64,000 nucleotides of DNA from an uncultured Spirochaetota bacterium (GTDB taxonomy: Bacteria > Spirochaetota > Spirochaetia > SZUA-6 > Fen-1364): contig CAWGAA010000001.1 in assembly GCA_963820525.1 (NCBI GenBank), positions 1,792,001 to 1,856,000 of the forward strand, written 5' to 3'. Numbering within the stretch: position 1 is the stretch's first letter; each line of letters begins with the position of its first letter. The position numbers were made by a program, and so were the translations under genes. Positions 37,421 to 47,485 of the stretch are shown here, piece by piece. Below the pieces are notes generated by a model that did no database searches, was not told the DNA's origin, and saw only the letters and a list, made by a program, of their open reading frames with translations.

Positions 37421-38260
37421 ATGGGCGAGCAAAAGTCTCTCACCTTCATGACGAAATACCTGGCCCTGCTTCTCCTGATCGTTCTCCTCGTGGTGATGCT
37501 GTTCCCCTTTTTCATCGTGGCGCTCAACTCCTTCAAGACCGCCTCGGACTACGCAACATACGGTCCCATGAGCCTGCCGAGACAGCTCTACTTCCAGTCC
37601 ATCGTGGAGTTCTGGAACCGGGTGAACTTCACGGGAAAGCTGGCCAACAGCCTCGTCATAGCCGTTTCGGTTGCCGTGCTGGGCGTTGGGCTTGCCCTCC
37701 TGAACTCGTTCGCCCTGGGAATCGGAAGGATGCGGGGAAGGAACTGGCTTCTGGTGCTGTTCATCATGGCCAATACCCTGCCCCAGGAGGCCCTCGCCTA
37801 TCCCCTGTACTACATGGCCAAGGCGGCGGGGCTCTATGACCGGCAGCTCGCCGTCATCCTCATCTTCATGGTGATCCAGGGAGCATTCGGCACCTATCTC
37901 CTCACCAACGTCCTTCGCGCCTTTCCCCGCGACATGGTGGAGGCGGCAATGGTCGACGGCTGCGGCAAGGCGAGGCTGCTCTTCCGCATCGTGGCGCCGG
38001 TGAACATGCCCACCCTCGCGGTGCTGTTCACGTTCTTCTTCATCTGGACCTGGAACGAGTTCTTCCTGCCCCTGATCATCCTCATCTCGGACGCGCGCCA
38101 GACGGTTCCCATTGCCATCTCCGTTACCCAGGGACAGCACAACATGGACGCCACGATGGCGAGCGCCTCGGCCCTCCTCGGCATCCTTCCCTGCATCATC
38201 TTCTTCGTCATTTTCCAGCGCAACCTCACCAGGGGAATCACCGCCGGGAGCATACGCTAA
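37421..38260 (+). CDS. Sugar ABC transporter permease
   Basis: EAAMVDG, WTWNEFFLP, FQRNLTRGITAGSIR. Confidence 0.95.
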   Translation: MGEQKSLTFMTKYLALLLLIVLLVVMLFPFFIVALNSFKTASDYATYGPMSLPRQLYFQSIVEFWNRVNFTGKLANSLVIAVSVAVLGVGLALLNSFALGIGRMRGRNWLLVLFIMANTLPQEALAYPLYYMAKAAGLYDRQLAVILIFMVIQGAFGTYLLTNVLRAFPRDMVEAAMVDGCGKARLLFRIVAPVNMPTLAVLFTFFFIWTWNEFFLPLIILISDARQTVPIAISVTQGQHNMDATMASASALLGILPCIIFFVIFQRNLTRGITAGSIR

Positions 38261-38287
38261 AGCTCGACCTGAAAGGGATACATCGAA

Positions 38288-40612
38288 TTGAAATTCACGG
38301 ACGGTTACTGGCTATTGCAGAAGGGTCTCACGGCTCACTACCCCCAGCACCTCTACGACCACGAAATCCAACCCGAGTCCGTCACTCTCTACGCGCCGGT
38401 GAGGGAGATCGCGCGCAGGGAGGACACGCTCAACTCCACCCTCATTACCGTTCGCTTAAGCTCTCCCCTGGAAGACGTGCTTCGCGTTCGCATCACGCAC
38501 TTCGCCGGAGCGCGGCCCCGCCCCCCCCACTTCGATCTCGCCGTGACGGCGGAGGCGCCTGTCGCCGCGAAAGCGGACGACTCCTGGGTGACGATAGCAA
38601 GCGGCAGGCTGTCGGCGCGGGTGCCCCGCACGGGGCCCTGGCGGATCGAGTTCCTGTCCGCCGAGCGCCCGCTGACGGTAAGCCCCTCACGCGGAATCGG
38701 CTATATCGAGAAAAGCGGCGGGGAGCGCTACATCCATGATCAGCTCTCCCTCGGAGTGGGAGAGTGCATCTACGGCCTGGGAGAGCGGTTCACGGCGTTC
38801 GTGAAGAACGGCCAGGAGGTGGAGATCTGGAACAGGGACGGGGGAACCTCGAGCGAGCAGGCCTACAAGAACGTCCCGTTCTACATCTCAAGCGGCGGAT
38901 ACGGGGTATTCGTGAACCATCCCGAGCGGGTCTCCTTCGAAGTGGGCTCCGAGAAGGTCTCCAGGGTCCAGTTCAGCGTCCCGGGAGAGACCCTGGAGTA
39001 CTTCATCATCAACGGCCCTTCCCCCAAGGAGGTGCTGGCCAGGTACACGGCCCTCACCGGAAGGCCCGCCCTTCCGCCGGCATGGTCCTTCGGCCTGTGG
39101 CTCTCCACCTCTTTCACCACTTCCTACGACGAGAAAAGCGTGAACGAGATCGTGAAGGGCATGGAGGAGCGTGACCTGCCTCTCTCCGTGTTCCATTTCG
39201 ATCCCTTCTGGATGCGGGAGCTCAACTGGTGCGATTTCCAGTGGGATTCGCGGACCTTCCCCGACGCGGCGGCAATGCTCGCCCGGTTGAAGAAGAAAGG
39301 GCTGCGCGTCTGCCTGTGGATCAACCCCTACATTGCGCAGCGCTCGCCGCTCTTCGAGGAGGCTGCGCGGCAAGGCTACCTCCTCAGGAAGCCCGATGGC
39401 GACATCTGGCAGATCGATCTGTGGCAGCCCGGCATGGGGGTTGTGGACTTCACGAGCGCGGAGGCGCGCCGCTGGTATTCGGCCAGGCTCGCCGAGCTCC
39501 TCGACATGGGTGTTGACGCCTTCAAGACCGATTTCGGTGAGCGGATCCCGACGGAGGCCGTCTACTCCGACGGCTCTGATCCCGAAAAGATGCACAACTA
39601 CTACTCCTTCCTCTACAACCGGACCGTTTTCGAGCTCCTGGAGGAGCGGCGGGGCGCCGGGGAGGCCGTCGTATTCGCCCGCTCAGCAACCGCGGGATGC
39701 CAGCGATTCCCCGTGCACTGGGGAGGCGATTGCGATTCCTCCTTCGAGTCCATGGCGGAGAGCCTTCGCGGTGGGCTTTCCCTCGGCCTCTGCGGCTTCG
39801 GCTTCTGGAGCCACGATATCGGCGGCTTCGAGGGCATTCCCCCGGCTGATCTCTACAAGCGATGGATCGCCTTCGGCCTTCTCTCCTCCCACAGCCGGCT
39901 GCACGGAAGCACCTCGTACCGGGTCCCCTGGCTCTTCGACGAGGATTCGGTTTCTGTTCTCCGCCGCTTCACGAACCTGAAATGCAGGTTGATGCCGTAT
40001 CTCTATGCCGCCGCGGTGGAGGCGGCTGAAACCGGCGTGCCTGTCATGCGGGCGATGCTCCTGGAATATCCCGAGGATCCCGCCTGCGTGCAACTCGAAC
40101 GGCAATACATGCTGGGCGGCTCGCTTCTCGTGGCTCCCGTATTCCGAGCGGACGGGACGGTCGAATACTATCTGCCGGAGGGGCGCTGGACCAGCCTGCT
40201 CTCCGGGGAAGCGCAAAGCGGCCCGGGATGGCGGCGCGAGAGGCACGGGTATCTCAGCCTGCCCCTGATGATGCGGCCCAACTCGGTGGTCCCGATGGGC
40301 GAGCGCGAAGACCGGCCCGACTACGCGTATACGGAAGGGCTTCTCCTGTACGCAAACGAGCTTGCCGACGGCGCCGTCATCACCACCACGGTGCCGGACC
40401 TCTCGGGCCGGCCTGCCGCGGTCTTCGAGACCCGGCGAAAGGGAGATGCCGTCAGCGTATCGCTTGAGGGATCCGCCGCGCGCTGGGGCCTCCTTCTGCT
40501 CGGCGTCACGAAAGCAACTTCTCTCAAGGGCGGCAGGGTGGAAACGGATCCCATCGGCCTGCTCGTTCGCGCGGATGCCGGCGCCAAGCGCGTCTCCCTG
40601 AAGCTGAAATAG
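38288..40612 (+). CDS. yicI: Alpha-xylosidase, GH31 (YicI-like)
   Basis: MKFTDGYW, WNRDGGTSSEQAYKNVPF, FHFDPFWM, FKTDFGERIP (nucleophile), HWGGDC, HSRLHGS. Confidence 0.95.
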   Translation: MKFTDGYWLLQKGLTAHYPQHLYDHEIQPESVTLYAPVREIARREDTLNSTLITVRLSSPLEDVLRVRITHFAGARPRPPHFDLAVTAEAPVAAKADDSWVTIASGRLSARVPRTGPWRIEFLSAERPLTVSPSRGIGYIEKSGGERYIHDQLSLGVGECIYGLGERFTAFVKNGQEVEIWNRDGGTSSEQAYKNVPFYISSGGYGVFVNHPERVSFEVGSEKVSRVQFSVPGETLEYFIINGPSPKEVLARYTALTGRPALPPAWSFGLWLSTSFTTSYDEKSVNEIVKGMEERDLPLSVFHFDPFWMRELNWCDFQWDSRTFPDAAAMLARLKKKGLRVCLWINPYIAQRSPLFEEAARQGYLLRKPDGDIWQIDLWQPGMGVVDFTSAEARRWYSARLAELLDMGVDAFKTDFGERIPTEAVYSDGSDPEKMHNYYSFLYNRTVFELLEERRGAGEAVVFARSATAGCQRFPVHWGGDCDSSFESMAESLRGGLSLGLCGFGFWSHDIGGFEGIPPADLYKRWIAFGLLSSHSRLHGSTSYRVPWLFDEDSVSVLRRFTNLKCRLMPYLYAAAVEAAETGVPVMRAMLLEYPEDPACVQLERQYMLGGSLLVAPVFRADGTVEYYLPEGRWTSLLSGEAQSGPGWRRERHGYLSLPLMMRPNSVVPMGEREDRPDYAYTEGLLLYANELADGAVITTTVPDLSGRPAAVFETRRKGDAVSVSLEGSAARWGLLLLGVTKATSLKGGRVETDPIGLLVRADAGAKRVSLKLK

Positions 40613-40625
40613 GGCCCCGGATCCA

Positions 40626-40670
40626 GCCTTGACCTGGATCAAGGCATAATCCCCCATGATCGGCTACCTT
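40626..40670 (+). promoter_or_regulatory. CRP/FNR-family (HcpR/Dnr-like) box and -10 upstream of hcp
   Basis: GCCTTGACCTGGATCAAGGC (TTGAC-N4-ATCAA); TACCTT at 40665-40670 fits class II spacing. Confidence 0.7.
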
Positions 40671-40699
40671 CCACACTCGTAAGGGACAGGAGGATACCG

Positions 40700-42328
40700 G
40701 TGGACATGTTTTGCTTTCAGTGCGAACAGACCGCGGGAGGGTCGGGGTGCACGAGCGTGGGGGTCTGCGGAAAGAAGCCCGATGTGGCGGCCCTTCAGGA
40801 CCTCATCGTCTATCAGCTCAAGGGCATCGGCTGGCTCGCTCACAAGGCGAGGCGGGGAGGCGCCGTGGACGCGGCGGTGAACCTGTTCACGGCCGAGGCG
40901 CTCTTCAGCACGGTGACAAACGTCACCTTCGACTCCGACAGGCTCGCGGGGGTGATCCGCGAAGGCGAGACGATCCGGGGCGCGGCTCTCGGGATGTGCA
41001 GGCGGGCGGGAGTCCTCACGGACGACGCTCCGGCGCCGGCGCTTTTCGCCGCGCCTGAAAATCCGGATGAGCTTGCGAGCGCGGCGGCCGCCCGCGGCGT
41101 CATGTCTGAAGAGATGGACCCGGATGTCCGCTCCCTCGAGCAGCTCCTGCTCTACGGTCTGAAAGGGATGGCGGCATACGCGGATCACGCGCTCATATTG
41201 GGGAAAACCGACGAGGCGATCTTCGCGTTCATGCACGAGGCGCTCGCCGCGGTCGCCGGCGCGCCTCCCTCGGTCAAGGAGCTCATCGCCCTGTGCATGC
41301 GGCTGGGGGAAACGAACATCCGCACCATGGCCCTCCTCGACGCGGCGCACACGGGCCGCTTCGGGCATCCCGCGCCGGCCGTGGTTTCCACGGGGACCCG
41401 GGAAGGCCCCGCCATCGTCGTGAGCGGGCATGACCTTCTGGACCTGGAAGCGCTGCTCCAGCAGACCGAAGGCACCGGGGTGAACGTCTACACTCATGGA
41501 GAGATGCTTCCCGGCCACGGGTATCCGGCCTTGAGGAAGTTTCCCCACCTGGCGGGTCACTTCGGAACTGCCTGGCAGAACCAGCAGAAGGAGTTCGACG
41601 GCAAGCCCGCCGCGTTCCTCTTCACGACGAACTGCATCCAGAAGCCGCGGGAATCGTACCGGGATCGCGTCTTCACCACGGGGCTCGTCGGCTTTCCCGG
41701 CGTGACTCACGTGAAGGACCGGGACTTCTCCGCGGTCATCGCGAAGGCAAAGTCCCTGGGCGGCTTCTCGAAGACTCACGGAGGGACTCTCACCACCGGC
41801 TTCGGGCACAACGCCGTTCTCTCCGTGGCGGGAAAGGTGGTGGACGCCGTGAAGAGCGGCTCGATCAAGCGGTTTATCCTGATGGGAGGCTGCGACGGGG
41901 CCAAGCCCGGACGCAACTACTACACCGAGATCGCCGAGAAAGCGCCGAAGGACACCGTCATCCTCACCCTCGCCTGCGGCAAGTTCCGCTTCAACCACCT
42001 GACGCTTGGGGAAAGAGAGGGCATCCCGCGCCTGATCGACGTGGGCCAGTGCAACGACGCGTACTCGGCGGTGGTCATAGCCCAGGCGCTCGCGTCCGCG
42101 TTCGGCTGCGGGGTGAACGACCTGCCGCTCTCGTTCGTTCTTTCCTGGTACGAGCAGAAGGCGGTCGCGGTCCTTCTCTCCCTGCTCTCCCTCGGGATCA
42201 AGGGGATCCGCCTCGGGCCGAGCCTGCCCGCGTTCGTCTCTCCCGGGGTCTTGAGCTTCCTCGTCGAGACCTTCGACATCACGCCGATCGGGACGGCGGA
42301 TAAGGACCTGGAGGCCATAGTATCCTGA
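40700..42328 (+). CDS. hcp: Hybrid cluster protein (hydroxylamine/NO reductase)
   Basis: MFCFQCEQT..GCT..GVCGK, SGHDL, YTHGEMLP, TTNC, GGCDG, LACGK, GQCND, SWYEQKA. Confidence 0.97.
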   Translation: MDMFCFQCEQTAGGSGCTSVGVCGKKPDVAALQDLIVYQLKGIGWLAHKARRGGAVDAAVNLFTAEALFSTVTNVTFDSDRLAGVIREGETIRGAALGMCRRAGVLTDDAPAPALFAAPENPDELASAAAARGVMSEEMDPDVRSLEQLLLYGLKGMAAYADHALILGKTDEAIFAFMHEALAAVAGAPPSVKELIALCMRLGETNIRTMALLDAAHTGRFGHPAPAVVSTGTREGPAIVVSGHDLLDLEALLQQTEGTGVNVYTHGEMLPGHGYPALRKFPHLAGHFGTAWQNQQKEFDGKPAAFLFTTNCIQKPRESYRDRVFTTGLVGFPGVTHVKDRDFSAVIAKAKSLGGFSKTHGGTLTTGFGHNAVLSVAGKVVDAVKSGSIKRFILMGGCDGAKPGRNYYTEIAEKAPKDTVILTLACGKFRFNHLTLGEREGIPRLIDVGQCNDAYSAVVIAQALASAFGCGVNDLPLSFVLSWYEQKAVAVLLSLLSLGIKGIRLGPSLPAFVSPGVLSFLVETFDITPIGTADKDLEAIVS

Positions 42329-42355
42329 AGCCGGCAGGCCGGCTCATGTCCTGCA

Positions 42356-43498
42356 TCAATACCTGACGGAAACCTGGACTCCGTACTGCAGGTCGGGACC
42401 GGGCGCGGCGCCGCCGCCCCTGATATCTCCGTGGAAATACCTCGCGTAAAAAAGGAGGTCCGCGTTTTGAGCCGCATTGAAGTCGAGCTGGAGAGTGGGA
42501 AGAAAGGCCGAGGCGGGGATGTCATAGATGACGCTTGCCATGACGCTTACCAGGTCGCTCACGAGCCACCGGGATGAGAAGGAGAGATACTGCTGATTGA
42601 GAAAGATGCCGGGCTGGGCGGCGAGATCCGCCGGGCCCAGGCTTCCGGGCGCCACAGGATTGCCGTTATAGTAGTATTCCAGGACGAAAAAGAGAGCGCC
42701 TTCGATCGAGTAGTCCGCTCCGAGCATCCCTTCGAAATATCCGCTCGAGGGTGAAAAGAGGAAATGCTCCACGGCCTCGCCGTATATGCCGACAAGGAGA
42801 TCTCCCTTGAAGTCGAGCCCGGCGAGGAGCTGATTGCCCGCGCCCTGGTAGAGCCCCACCGCCGAAAGGTCGAAGTCGGCGATGTTGGTGTAGAGCTTGA
42901 GGGCCGAGCTCAAGCGGCTTACGGAATCCGCTATGGTGCTGACCACTTCCAGGCCCGATACCTCGCCGAAAGAGACCTCCAGCCGCACCACATCGCTTCC
43001 CGTGCGCACATAGTTGAGATCCGAGAGAAGCGGCCGCGAGAAGGCGTCGATTGGAGAAAAGAGTGTCCCCTTTCCGAAATTGACAATCTGGCGCCCCATG
43101 GAGATGTCCACGACGGGAGAATATATCTCGAGGTAGAGCTTTCGAAGGTCGACGTTCACGATGGCGCCGCTCGAGCTCAAAACGGTGATCAGGGCGGGAG
43201 CCACTCCCGAGCCGAGGGTTTGAACGAGCGCCGCCGAATAGGCATCCGCGTAGGCACCGGTCAGGAGGGTGAGGATGACGCTCCCTTCGACCTTCGCGGA
43301 TTGACGGTTTGAGTTCACGAAGTTCAGCGTCAGCTGGGAGCTTCCGCCAAGCGAGAGGTCCTGGCCGCTGCCGTCGAAGCTCTGGAGAATCGATGTATCG
43401 ACGGCCAGGGAGCCGCCCAGCTCCAGCCCGCCGCTCTGCGGGAAGGCGGCGGAGGCTGCTATGAGACCCAGCGCGGCCACGAAGGTAAAGCGGCGCAT
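42356..43498 (-). CDS. Putative outer-membrane beta-barrel protein
   Basis: Signal peptide, amphipathic beta strands, MGRQIVNFGKG..FSPID motif, C-terminal aromatic YGVQVSVRY. Confidence 0.65.
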   Translation of the reverse strand: MRRFTFVAALGLIAASAAFPQSGGLELGGSLAVDTSILQSFDGSGQDLSLGGSSQLTLNFVNSNRQSAKVEGSVILTLLTGAYADAYSAALVQTLGSGVAPALITVLSSSGAIVNVDLRKLYLEIYSPVVDISMGRQIVNFGKGTLFSPIDAFSRPLLSDLNYVRTGSDVVRLEVSFGEVSGLEVVSTIADSVSRLSSALKLYTNIADFDLSAVGLYQGAGNQLLAGLDFKGDLLVGIYGEAVEHFLFSPSSGYFEGMLGADYSIEGALFFVLEYYYNGNPVAPGSLGPADLAAQPGIFLNQQYLSFSSRWLVSDLVSVMASVIYDIPASAFLPTLQLDFNAAQNADLLFYARYFHGDIRGGGAAPGPDLQYGVQVSVRY

Positions 43499-43499
43499 G

Positions 43500-44261
43500 C
43501 TACCTCGACAGGTTCCTGAGACTGAAGAGGGTGTCGCTCACCGGAACGTCGAAGGCGATGTCAGTCATGGCGAACACGGTGCGCGAGCCCTTCCTCAGCT
43601 GGTCCGAGACCTCGGATTTCACGGGAAAAAACCTTCCGGAGATCTGCCGCACCTCCAGGACGCGGCTTACCTTCAGGAGCTTGCCACTTTTGGCGTACAT
43701 CTCCTGACGCAGGGTCACGAAGCGCTCCTTGTCGACCCAGAGCTTTCGCACCTCGTACTGGACGTCCCGGGAAGCGGCCGTGAGGGTCACCAGGTAGCAG
43801 GGACGCGTGTCCACGCTCTCCTCGCCCGTGACCTCGATCGAGTACTTGCTGGAAAGCGTGTCGCTTTCAAGGGCGTCCTGGTAGGAGACGTCGCTTCCCA
43901 TCATCCCTTCCTTCAGCATGTGACCGGAGATCTTCACCGTGTCCTGTTCCGAGGGGAAGTAGATCCAGAGGTTCTTGTCGATCTTGAGGAACTTGGTGCC
44001 CTTGTCCTCGGGGTTGGTGAACTCGACCAGCGCCTTGGAGGAGCCGACGGCAATGGCCTTCATCTCCTTGGTGCGCACTGCGTCGCCCGAATAGATTGCC
44101 AGAGTGCCCTCATACGACACGGAGGAGAAAGCGGTGTTTCTGTCGACGCGCGCGAGGATTTCCTCGCCTGAAAGCGTGAAGGCGCGCGCGGGGCCGACGA
44201 GAGCCCCTGCAAGAACGACGGCGAGGGCCGCCGCAATATGCCTCATCGAGATCCGATTCAT
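43500..44261 (-). CDS. LolA-like outer membrane lipoprotein-sorting protein
   Basis: Signal peptide; FTNPEDKGTKFLK...LWIYFPS, MMGSDVSYQD, LWVDK, FSLRNL. Confidence 0.85.
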   Translation of the reverse strand: MNRISMRHIAAALAVVLAGALVGPARAFTLSGEEILARVDRNTAFSSVSYEGTLAIYSGDAVRTKEMKAIAVGSSKALVEFTNPEDKGTKFLKIDKNLWIYFPSEQDTVKISGHMLKEGMMGSDVSYQDALESDTLSSKYSIEVTGEESVDTRPCYLVTLTAASRDVQYEVRKLWVDKERFVTLRQEMYAKSGKLLKVSRVLEVRQISGRFFPVKSEVSDQLRKGSRTVFAMTDIAFDVPVSDTLFSLRNLSR

Positions 44262-44275
44262 ATCGCCTCCTTCGC

Positions 44276-45511
44276 CTACACGCTCTTGATCGAGTCGACC
44301 ACGTTCATTCGGGCGGCGCGCCGGGAGGGAAGCAGGGACACGACCCCGGCGACGGCCGCCCCCAGCGCCACCACGGCGAGCGTGAGCGGCACGTCCACGA
44401 CCGTGTGGATGACATTGTCCACGGGATAGTCCAGGGAGCTCATGGCCGCGCTGAAGTCCATCCCGCGCGCATGGAACAGGATGTTCAAGGCAAGCCCCCC
44501 CGCGGCCCCGACCAGGCTTCCCCAGAGACCCAGGAAGATCCCCTCCCAGAGAAAGAGAACCAGGACCTGGCCGTTCGACAATCCCATCGACTTCAGGATG
44601 CCGATCTCCCGCCTGCGCTCCAGCACGATCATCATCATAATGTTGGTTATAATGAAGGCCCCGAGGAACAGCACGACCAGAACGATGTAGTTGATGAGGC
44701 GCTCTTCAAGCTCGACCAGTTTCGGGTAATCGCCGATCGCGGTCCACGGGGTGACGGCCAGATTCGGGTCCGCCAGGAGGCTCTCGATTTTCGCCGCCAC
44801 GGCTTGGGCGCGGCGGTAGTTGTTCAGCATCACGATGATGGACTGGGTTCCCCCGCCGGTGCGGAGGAAGCGCTTGGCATCCTCAATGGGGATCTGGAAG
44901 GTCGCATCGTCGAGCGCGCTCACCCCGGTCCTGAAGATTCCCACTATCTTGAGCTTCTTCAGCTGGAGCGAGCCGTCGCTCGCCTCGCTCACCACCTTGA
45001 GGCTTTCTCCAACGGAAAGCTTTAAATCCGAGGCGAGGCCGGCCCCCATGATGGTCTCCCCCGGCCCGGCGATGTATCTTCCGTCCTTGATCGAGCGCTG
45101 GAGATACAGGAGGCTCTCTTCTCTCTTCGGGTCTCCCGCAATGGCCACGGCGCTGGCGTTGTGCCCCGCGTTTTCCAGGAGAACGCCGAATCGGATCCGC
45201 TCGGTGACCAGGGAAATCTGGCCCGCGAGGGCCGGCGAAGCCTCGATCGCACGCTCTATGACGGCCGGATTCGGGACGAGCGCATCCACCGGCATCATGT
45301 CCGAGCGCGCCAGGTAGTCCCTGGAGGTGATGCGGATGTGCCCGGTCTCGTTCTTGGTGTAGTTTCTCACGATGGATGAGATGAACCCGCCCGTGAACCC
45401 TTGCAGGAAGACGCAGAGAAGCACGGCAAGGGCCACGGAAATCATGGCGAGCGCGGATCTCCTCTTGTTACGAAGGAGGTTCCTCAAAGCCATTCGCACA
45501 AGGTAGCCCAT
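44276..45511 (-). CDS. FtsX/MacB-like (LolC/E-like) ABC permease
   Basis: MALRNLLRNKRRS, ERRREIGILKSMG, PSRRAARMN; ATG 45511 after AGGAGG. Confidence 0.92.
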   Translation of the reverse strand: MGYLVRMALRNLLRNKRRSALAMISVALAVLLCVFLQGFTGGFISSIVRNYTKNETGHIRITSRDYLARSDMMPVDALVPNPAVIERAIEASPALAGQISLVTERIRFGVLLENAGHNASAVAIAGDPKREESLLYLQRSIKDGRYIAGPGETIMGAGLASDLKLSVGESLKVVSEASDGSLQLKKLKIVGIFRTGVSALDDATFQIPIEDAKRFLRTGGGTQSIIVMLNNYRRAQAVAAKIESLLADPNLAVTPWTAIGDYPKLVELEERLINYIVLVVLFLGAFIITNIMMMIVLERRREIGILKSMGLSNGQVLVLFLWEGIFLGLWGSLVGAAGGLALNILFHARGMDFSAAMSSLDYPVDNVIHTVVDVPLTLAVVALGAAVAGVVSLLPSRRAARMNVVDSIKSV

Positions 45512-45522
45512 GGCCGCCTCCT

Positions 45523-46791
45523 TTAGACGAAATGAAGCGCGTCGGTGGCCGTCATCTTGGCCGCCTTGCGCGCCGGGATCACCGCCGCGATCAATGCAAT
45601 GACAAGCCCGAATATCACCGCGAAGATCATGGCGCCGGGGTTCCATTCGCCGTACAGCCTGCCCCAGAAAGGAATTCCGCTGCCCAGGCTTCCCGCCATC
45701 TTGTCCAGCGGGAAACCGATGAAGACGAGAAGCGCGTCAAGGGTCCCGCCGAGCGCCGCTCCCATCAGGCTGCCCAACAGCCCCACGAAAAGCCCCTCCA
45801 GGATGAACATCCAGACCACCTCCCGGCTTCGAAACCCCATGGCCTTGAGGACTCCCACCTCCCTGATGCGCTCATAGACGCTCATGAGCACCGTGTTCAT
45901 GATTCCAACGGCGGCTATCAGCAGGATGATAAAAATGATGAGGATGCTTCCGGCCCTCTTCTGCTTGAGCAGGGTGAGAAACCCCTGCGCCAGCTGATCG
46001 AAGGAGTACGGGGCGAGATCCGGGTTCTGTTTCTTTATCGCCGCGGCAAGAGAGGCGGCATCCGCCGCGGTGTCGGAGAGGTTCACCCGGTGGACCATGC
46101 GCACGTCGAGCTCGGTCGCTAGGCCGCCAAGGTCCAGGAAATCGTCCGCGGCGGCGTAGGTGATGAAGACGGTGCTCTGGTTGAGGACGGGATCGCTCGT
46201 GGACAGAAGCCCGATGATGGTGAAATCATCGGCGTTGCTCGCCTCGTAGCGCGTGGCGGCGGAGAGCACAACCGTGTCTCCCACAGTCACGCCCAGCTTT
46301 CGTGCGAGCTCGGCGCCCAGGATGATGCGGCGGTCGGGAGAGCCGCCGGTCTGAGCGGAAGACGAGAAATAGCTTCCGCTGATGTAGTCGGTGAGGGAAA
46401 AGACCTTCGGGTCCGTCACCGGATCCACAACGGTTCCGACAACCGGAACACTGTCGCGGTAGTTTCCCAGCCTTGCCAGAAACTCGGTGCGCCGCGTGAT
46501 GGCCGATACCCGGGGATCCTCGGAGATCGTGCCCGCGAGCGCCGCGGGATCCGGGATTGCGTCGTCCAGGGGCAGGGCCTTCCTGTCCGCGTAATAGGCG
46601 GATGTAAACACCTTCACGGAAGACTCACTTAAGTTGATCATGTTGTCCACGGAGAGCCTGTCCATCCCGTTCATCAGGGAATCCACGGCGATGAAGACCC
46701 CGATGCCCGCCATCATCGTGATGGCCGTGATCAGCGCCCGCCGCTTGTGGCGTACCACGTTTCGAAGGGCTATTTGCACGATCGTGTTCAT
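45523..46791 (-). CDS. FtsX/MacB-like (LolC/E-like) ABC permease
   Basis: IALRNVVRHKRR, NTVLMSVYERIREVGVLKAMG, PARKAAKM. Confidence 0.92.
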   Translation of the reverse strand: MNTIVQIALRNVVRHKRRALITAITMMAGIGVFIAVDSLMNGMDRLSVDNMINLSESSVKVFTSAYYADRKALPLDDAIPDPAALAGTISEDPRVSAITRRTEFLARLGNYRDSVPVVGTVVDPVTDPKVFSLTDYISGSYFSSSAQTGGSPDRRIILGAELARKLGVTVGDTVVLSAATRYEASNADDFTIIGLLSTSDPVLNQSTVFITYAAADDFLDLGGLATELDVRMVHRVNLSDTAADAASLAAAIKKQNPDLAPYSFDQLAQGFLTLLKQKRAGSILIIFIILLIAAVGIMNTVLMSVYERIREVGVLKAMGFRSREVVWMFILEGLFVGLLGSLMGAALGGTLDALLVFIGFPLDKMAGSLGSGIPFWGRLYGEWNPGAMIFAVIFGLVIALIAAVIPARKAAKMTATDALHFV

Positions 46792-47483
46792 GCCGCGGCC
46801 CCCCGGTCGGACGCTATCAGCCCATCGTGCAGCACGATCACGCGGCGCGCGTGCCGCTGGACCATTGCATCGTGGGTCGAAAAGATGAACGTGGTCCCGC
46901 GGTTCGCGTTCATCTCCTCCATGAGCGAAACGATCTCCTCGGCGGTGCGGGAATCCAGGTTGGCCGTCGGCTCGTCCGCAAGAACCACGAGGGGCTTCTT
47001 CACTAATGCGCGCGCGATGGCCACACGCTGCTCCTGGCCGCCTGAAAGCTCCCGCGGAAAACGGTCCGCCATCTCGGCGAGGCCCACGGCCCGGATGATC
47101 TCCAGCGCGCGGCTTCTCATCTCGCTCCTGGACAAGCGCCGCTCGATCACCAGGGGAAGCTCCACGTTCTCAAGCACCGTGAGGACGGGAATAAGGTTGT
47201 AGGACTGGAAGATGAAGGAGATGTTCTCCTTTCGATACGTGGAAAGCTCCTTCTCGCTCATCCCTCCAAGCTCGCGGCCGTTGTACAGAACGCTGCCGCT
47301 TGAGGGAATATCGAGGCATCCCACGATGTTCAACAGCGTCGTCTTGCCGCTTCCCGAGGGCCCCACTATGGCGAGAAACTCTCCGCCCTGGATGCTGAGG
47401 TCGATCCCCCGCAGCGCTTCCACAAGCCGCGCCGCCTTCTGATAGTTCTTTCGAACAGCCTCAAGCTTCAAGATAGCAGCCAT
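46788..47483 (-). CDS. ABC ATP-binding protein (LolD/MacB-like)
   Basis: GPSGSGKTT, LSGGQEQRVAIARAL, LADEPTANLD. Confidence 0.95.
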   Translation of the reverse strand: MAAILKLEAVRKNYQKAARLVEALRGIDLSIQGGEFLAIVGPSGSGKTTLLNIVGCLDIPSSGSVLYNGRELGGMSEKELSTYRKENISFIFQSYNLIPVLTVLENVELPLVIERRLSRSEMRSRALEIIRAVGLAEMADRFPRELSGGQEQRVAIARALVKKPLVVLADEPTANLDSRTAEEIVSLMEEMNANRGTTFIFSTHDAMVQRHARRVIVLHDGLIASDRGAAA

Positions 47484-47485
47484 GA

